From a virus (taxonomy: Duplodnaviria; Caudoviricetes): a DNA stretch of 64,000 nt. Location: the IMG/VR virus record IMGVR_UViG_3300037780_000034, positions 224,001 to 288,000 of that record; one strand, 5' to 3'. A model generated the notes under the pieces. It was not told where the DNA came from and ran no database searches. It was given only the letters and a program-made list of their open reading frames with translations. A program made the position numbers and the translations under genes. Shown in pieces: positions 61,060-64,000 of the stretch. Every line of letters begins with the position of its first letter. Position 1 is the stretch's first letter.

Positions 61060-62405
61060 AAGTAAAGTCTCCAATATCCTGCACTATATATTCCAGTATA
61101 ACTTTTTGTCCAACCATTATTCCATTCATATTGGTCTTGTGTATTTTCATCATAAACTCTTTCTATTGTATTAGAAACAGATGCATCAAAAAATAATTCC
61201 CAATTTGTTCCGTTATATGAAATAATATCATTTTCATCTGCATCAACTCCCCAAATACCATCTGCACCTATTTCTTGTGTAATCAAATATTTTTGACCAA
61301 CTGCTGATGCAGCAAGATTTCCATCATTTGGAAAAGTCTTTGTAGGATTTATTATTGCAGTTATTGTTCCTAACGTGTTGTCTGGTAAAGTATCTACATC
61401 AACATTAAAAATCAATTTTTGCGCATTTGTTTCATCCGTCGAAATTGTTCCAATTATATCTTCACTGTCATCTTCAATGTCATTTGTTCTACGCAAACGT
61501 ATCTGGCTTACACCGTCACGCAATACACTTCCATATTTTTTAATTACATCACTCCATACTATCGGGGTATTATCACTATTAACATTTGTTCCTGTTTCTG
61601 ATAACAGTGTAACACGATCCGCCTCAAATTGCAACTTATAATTTTCAAGAGTTATTATAGTATATGCAGTAAATTGACTCGCAAAGTCTTCTTTATCTTT
61701 GAAGTATTGTATATTTTCACTATCTACACCAGTTAGCTTGTTTATTACAGTATGTATAAGTGTTTCTTTTCTAACTTTAACAGGAGGATTAATATATATA
61801 GGAATCATAAAATTAAATGTAAAAACATCAATTACCTCATCAACCCCACTTGGTATACTTTTTCCACTAAAGTTTGTTCCAGTCATTTCCATATAAGTTA
61901 AAGCACTCCAATCAACAGGGTTGCTGTTTGTTTTTAAATTTATATGAGGATTATATAATACTGATATTTGTTCAAACAATTGAAATTTTTGTTCTAAGTT
62001 TGTTGTCCAAATGTCTACGTTAATTGTCATATCATACGGAACTGGATTGTTTTTTATAACCTCATATCTTTGTCCAATTTCATCAGTATATTTTCCAGTA
62101 GTTTCATCAAACTTTTTTTCAGTTACGTATGTTCTATGTTCATACTGTTGATATGTTCTGCGATTGCTGGCCATAGATATATCAGTTACATAAACACTAA
62201 TAAAAGGTGCAGACGACAAAACATTTTCACTGTTATTTTTTATTATATGTGCACTCATACGAGAAATATCACCATAATTAACCGGAACAGTTCTATATAT
62301 AGGTTCGCCATCAGCAGAATCGCCAACCTTTACTTTAAAATCAGAAAATAATCTAATAACTTGTGCTATATATTTTCTTATTTGATTATCATAAAAATAT
62401 TGCAT
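61056..62405 (-). CDS. gp15: Tail completion/sheath stabiliser, T4 gp15-like
   Basis: FYDNQIRKYI...TVPVNYG...PVPYDMTINVDIWT...QLFEQISVLYNP. Confidence 0.75.
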   Translation of the reverse strand: MQYFYDNQIRKYIAQVIRLFSDFKVKVGDSADGEPIYRTVPVNYGDISRMSAHIIKNNSENVLSSAPFISVYVTDISMASNRRTYQQYEHRTYVTEKKFDETTGKYTDEIGQRYEVIKNNPVPYDMTINVDIWTTNLEQKFQLFEQISVLYNPHINLKTNSNPVDWSALTYMEMTGTNFSGKSIPSGVDEVIDVFTFNFMIPIYINPPVKVRKETLIHTVINKLTGVDSENIQYFKDKEDFASQFTAYTIITLENYKLQFEADRVTLLSETGTNVNSDNTPIVWSDVIKKYGSVLRDGVSQIRLRRTNDIEDDSEDIIGTISTDETNAQKLIFNVDVDTLPDNTLGTITAIINPTKTFPNDGNLAASAVGQKYLITQEIGADGIWGVDADENDIISYNGTNWELFFDASVSNTIERVYDENTQDQYEWNNGWTKSYTGIYSAGYWRLYL

Positions 62406-63484
62406 TATATATTACCTTTATCAATTTTAGGAGGAATAGGCGAAGATATTGGTTGTCTTTCGGCAAATACTCGTGTATTGGTAATCATGTTGGGTTCTTC
62501 ATTATTAACAAATTTTCCAGAATTGAAAGTTTTCTGTTCCCAAGTATCTCCTTCACCAGTTCTATCAAATATACGATGCCACTTTGTTCCACGTCTTACA
62601 AATAATCTATTTGGATTATAATCTGTTCTAACAAAATAATCTCCTTGATTTGGACTACTTGGAAAAGCAGTTCCTGTTGGAATAGAGGGATCATATGTTA
62701 CATCGGTTTCGGTTGAACCAAATCCAAACAAATGTTCAGCTAAACTAGTTGTATAAGATTCTGCATTGTCTTTTGCAGCAGATACTATCTGGTTATTTGC
62801 ATTTAGTATTTTGTTGTATATGGAAACAGATTCGTTTCTATCATCTTCTCCAGGTTCTTTTAATATTCCTGCAAATTCTTGACTGTCCAATATTGGTCCT
62901 ATCTTTACTCTCCATATGTGCGGCCACCAAGTTTGAGAAAAACCTTCTCCACCACGATTGCCATCTTGAACTACATAATATTTAGGAATGGGAGATTCAG
63001 TTATTTCTAATCCCAAATACTCAGCTACGTGAGGTAATTCTAATACATCACCACTCATTAATTTTCTTCCCAATACTTCAACCATTTCATTAAGATGAAA
63101 TGAAAGGTATAAAGTATCGTTAGATAATATTAATCCAAACTGACTTAAATCAAAATCATTATCAGTGACATTATATACACCACGCAATTCATATACATCG
63201 CTCTCATATTTTCTATCACGATTTTCTAAAAATAATAAATCTTGTATTTTAGTTTCATTTACTAATCCTTCTGGATTTGTTAACTTTCCCGTAACAGGAT
63301 CAGTTTCAGTTCCTTCTAAATAGTTTGGTTGTGATTTATCTTTTTTATCTACTGTTTGATATGGGCCTATATATTTGTGTATATATGCACTTGTTCCTCC
63401 AACAAAAAATTGTTCACGAATAGTTCTATCCATAAAATAATAATCTTTTGTTTTTTGTGGTTTCCACATAGTTAATTTTGGCAT
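62405..63484 (-). CDS. gp14: Neck (head completion) protein, T4 gp14-like
   Basis: IREQFFVGG...FDLSQFGL...MSGDVLELP pattern, immediately upstream of gp15. Confidence 0.65.
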   Translation of the reverse strand: MPKLTMWKPQKTKDYYFMDRTIREQFFVGGTSAYIHKYIGPYQTVDKKDKSQPNYLEGTETDPVTGKLTNPEGLVNETKIQDLLFLENRDRKYESDVYELRGVYNVTDNDFDLSQFGLILSNDTLYLSFHLNEMVEVLGRKLMSGDVLELPHVAEYLGLEITESPIPKYYVVQDGNRGGEGFSQTWWPHIWRVKIGPILDSQEFAGILKEPGEDDRNESVSIYNKILNANNQIVSAAKDNAESYTTSLAEHLFGFGSTETDVTYDPSIPTGTAFPSSPNQGDYFVRTDYNPNRLFVRRGTKWHRIFDRTGEGDTWEQKTFNSGKFVNNEEPNMITNTRVFAERQPISSPIPPKIDKGNI

Positions 63485-63515
63485 ACTGAAAACTCCTTAT
63501 CTTTATATTTATCTG

Positions 63516-63544
63516 TTGACGTTATTGTAAATATGTGTTATGTT
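63516..63544 (+). promoter_or_regulatory. Possible sigma70-type promoter
   Basis: TTGACG-N17-TATGTT with an extended -10 TG, upstream of copy 5. Confidence 0.45.
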
Positions 63545-63564
63545 CATAGAAATAAGGTTTTAAA

Positions 63565-64000
63565 ATGACTCGGGAACAATTAAAAATATTATTACAAAAC
63601 GATTATATTTCTAAAACTGGTAAAGCTAAGTTAAGAAAAATGCCAGAAGATATAAAAGATATTATTATAAAAGAAACAAGCTTTTATAAATATCAAGAAT
63701 ATCAACACCTTGGATTAAGATGTTATTTTATAATAAATGATATATACGAAGTAAAAAAATGTCCAGAATGTAATACAGAAATACATCCAATAAGTTTACA
63801 AAAATATAAAACTCAAAATTTTTGTAGTTTATCTTGTTCTACAAAAAACAAAGATGTATTGGAAAAATCCAAACAAACTAACTTAGAAAAATATGGAGTT
63901 GAATATGTAACACAACATCCAGAAACAATAAAAAAACAACAAGCTACTAACTTAGAAAAATATGGCGTTCAAAGTGTATTACAACATAAAGATATAATAA
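63565..64000 (+). mobile_element. Nuclease-GNAT family copy 5 (N-terminal part; runs off the window)
   Basis: Not in the ORF track. Hand translation gives MTREQLKILL...KKCPECNTEIHP...NFCSLSCSTKN...TNLEKYGVEYVTQHPETIKKQQATNLEKYGVQSVL, with the same Zn motif and 23-aa repeats as copy 1. Confidence 0.7.

Noticed and set aside
2531-62985. Many short ORFs in the six-frame track overlapping long genes (e.g. 18505-18927, 34130-34573, 48412-48861, 56442-56834)
   Set aside because: They are antisense or alternate-frame shadows of well-supported genes with biased codons or repeats. None has an RBS, promoter or recognisable motif.
1-64000. Alternative genetic code
   Set aside because: All recognisable genes, including a 10.6-kb ORF, are intact under code 11, and TGA serves as a true stop.

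Overview
A 64-kb, very AT-rich segment of a large T4-related (jumbo-type) myovirus genome, read with the standard genetic code and gene-dense on both strands. Left to right: (1) a minus-strand baseplate/tail operon (3549-aa wedge protein; gp6-, gp25-, lysozyme-fold, gp5-, gp27-, gp53/LysM- and gp48/54-like genes); (2) a plus-strand block with a gp55-like late sigma factor, gp47/gp46 recombination nuclease and a Holliday junction resolvase, then an unexplained ~800-bp non-coding interval with its own sigma70 promoter, 11-bp tandem repeats, a stem-rich core, GNA-triloop hairpins and a palindromic terminator (candidate structured RNA and/or replication origin); (3) gp51/gp26-like and tape-measure-like genes and the head module (portal, protease, scaffold, major capsid); (4) a tandem array of three nuclease-GNAT fusion genes, with two more family members elsewhere; (5) a fibre/receptor-binding cluster that includes a 1161-aa protein with phycobiliprotein-like CxRD repeats and two beta-propeller paralogues; (6) a 2OG-Fe(II) oxygenase plus a three-domain glycosyltransferase; (7) minus-strand NUDIX, gp15- and gp14-like genes. 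No tRNA, rRNA, CRISPR array or integrase was seen. All functional calls come from motifs recognised by eye and gene context, not database searches.
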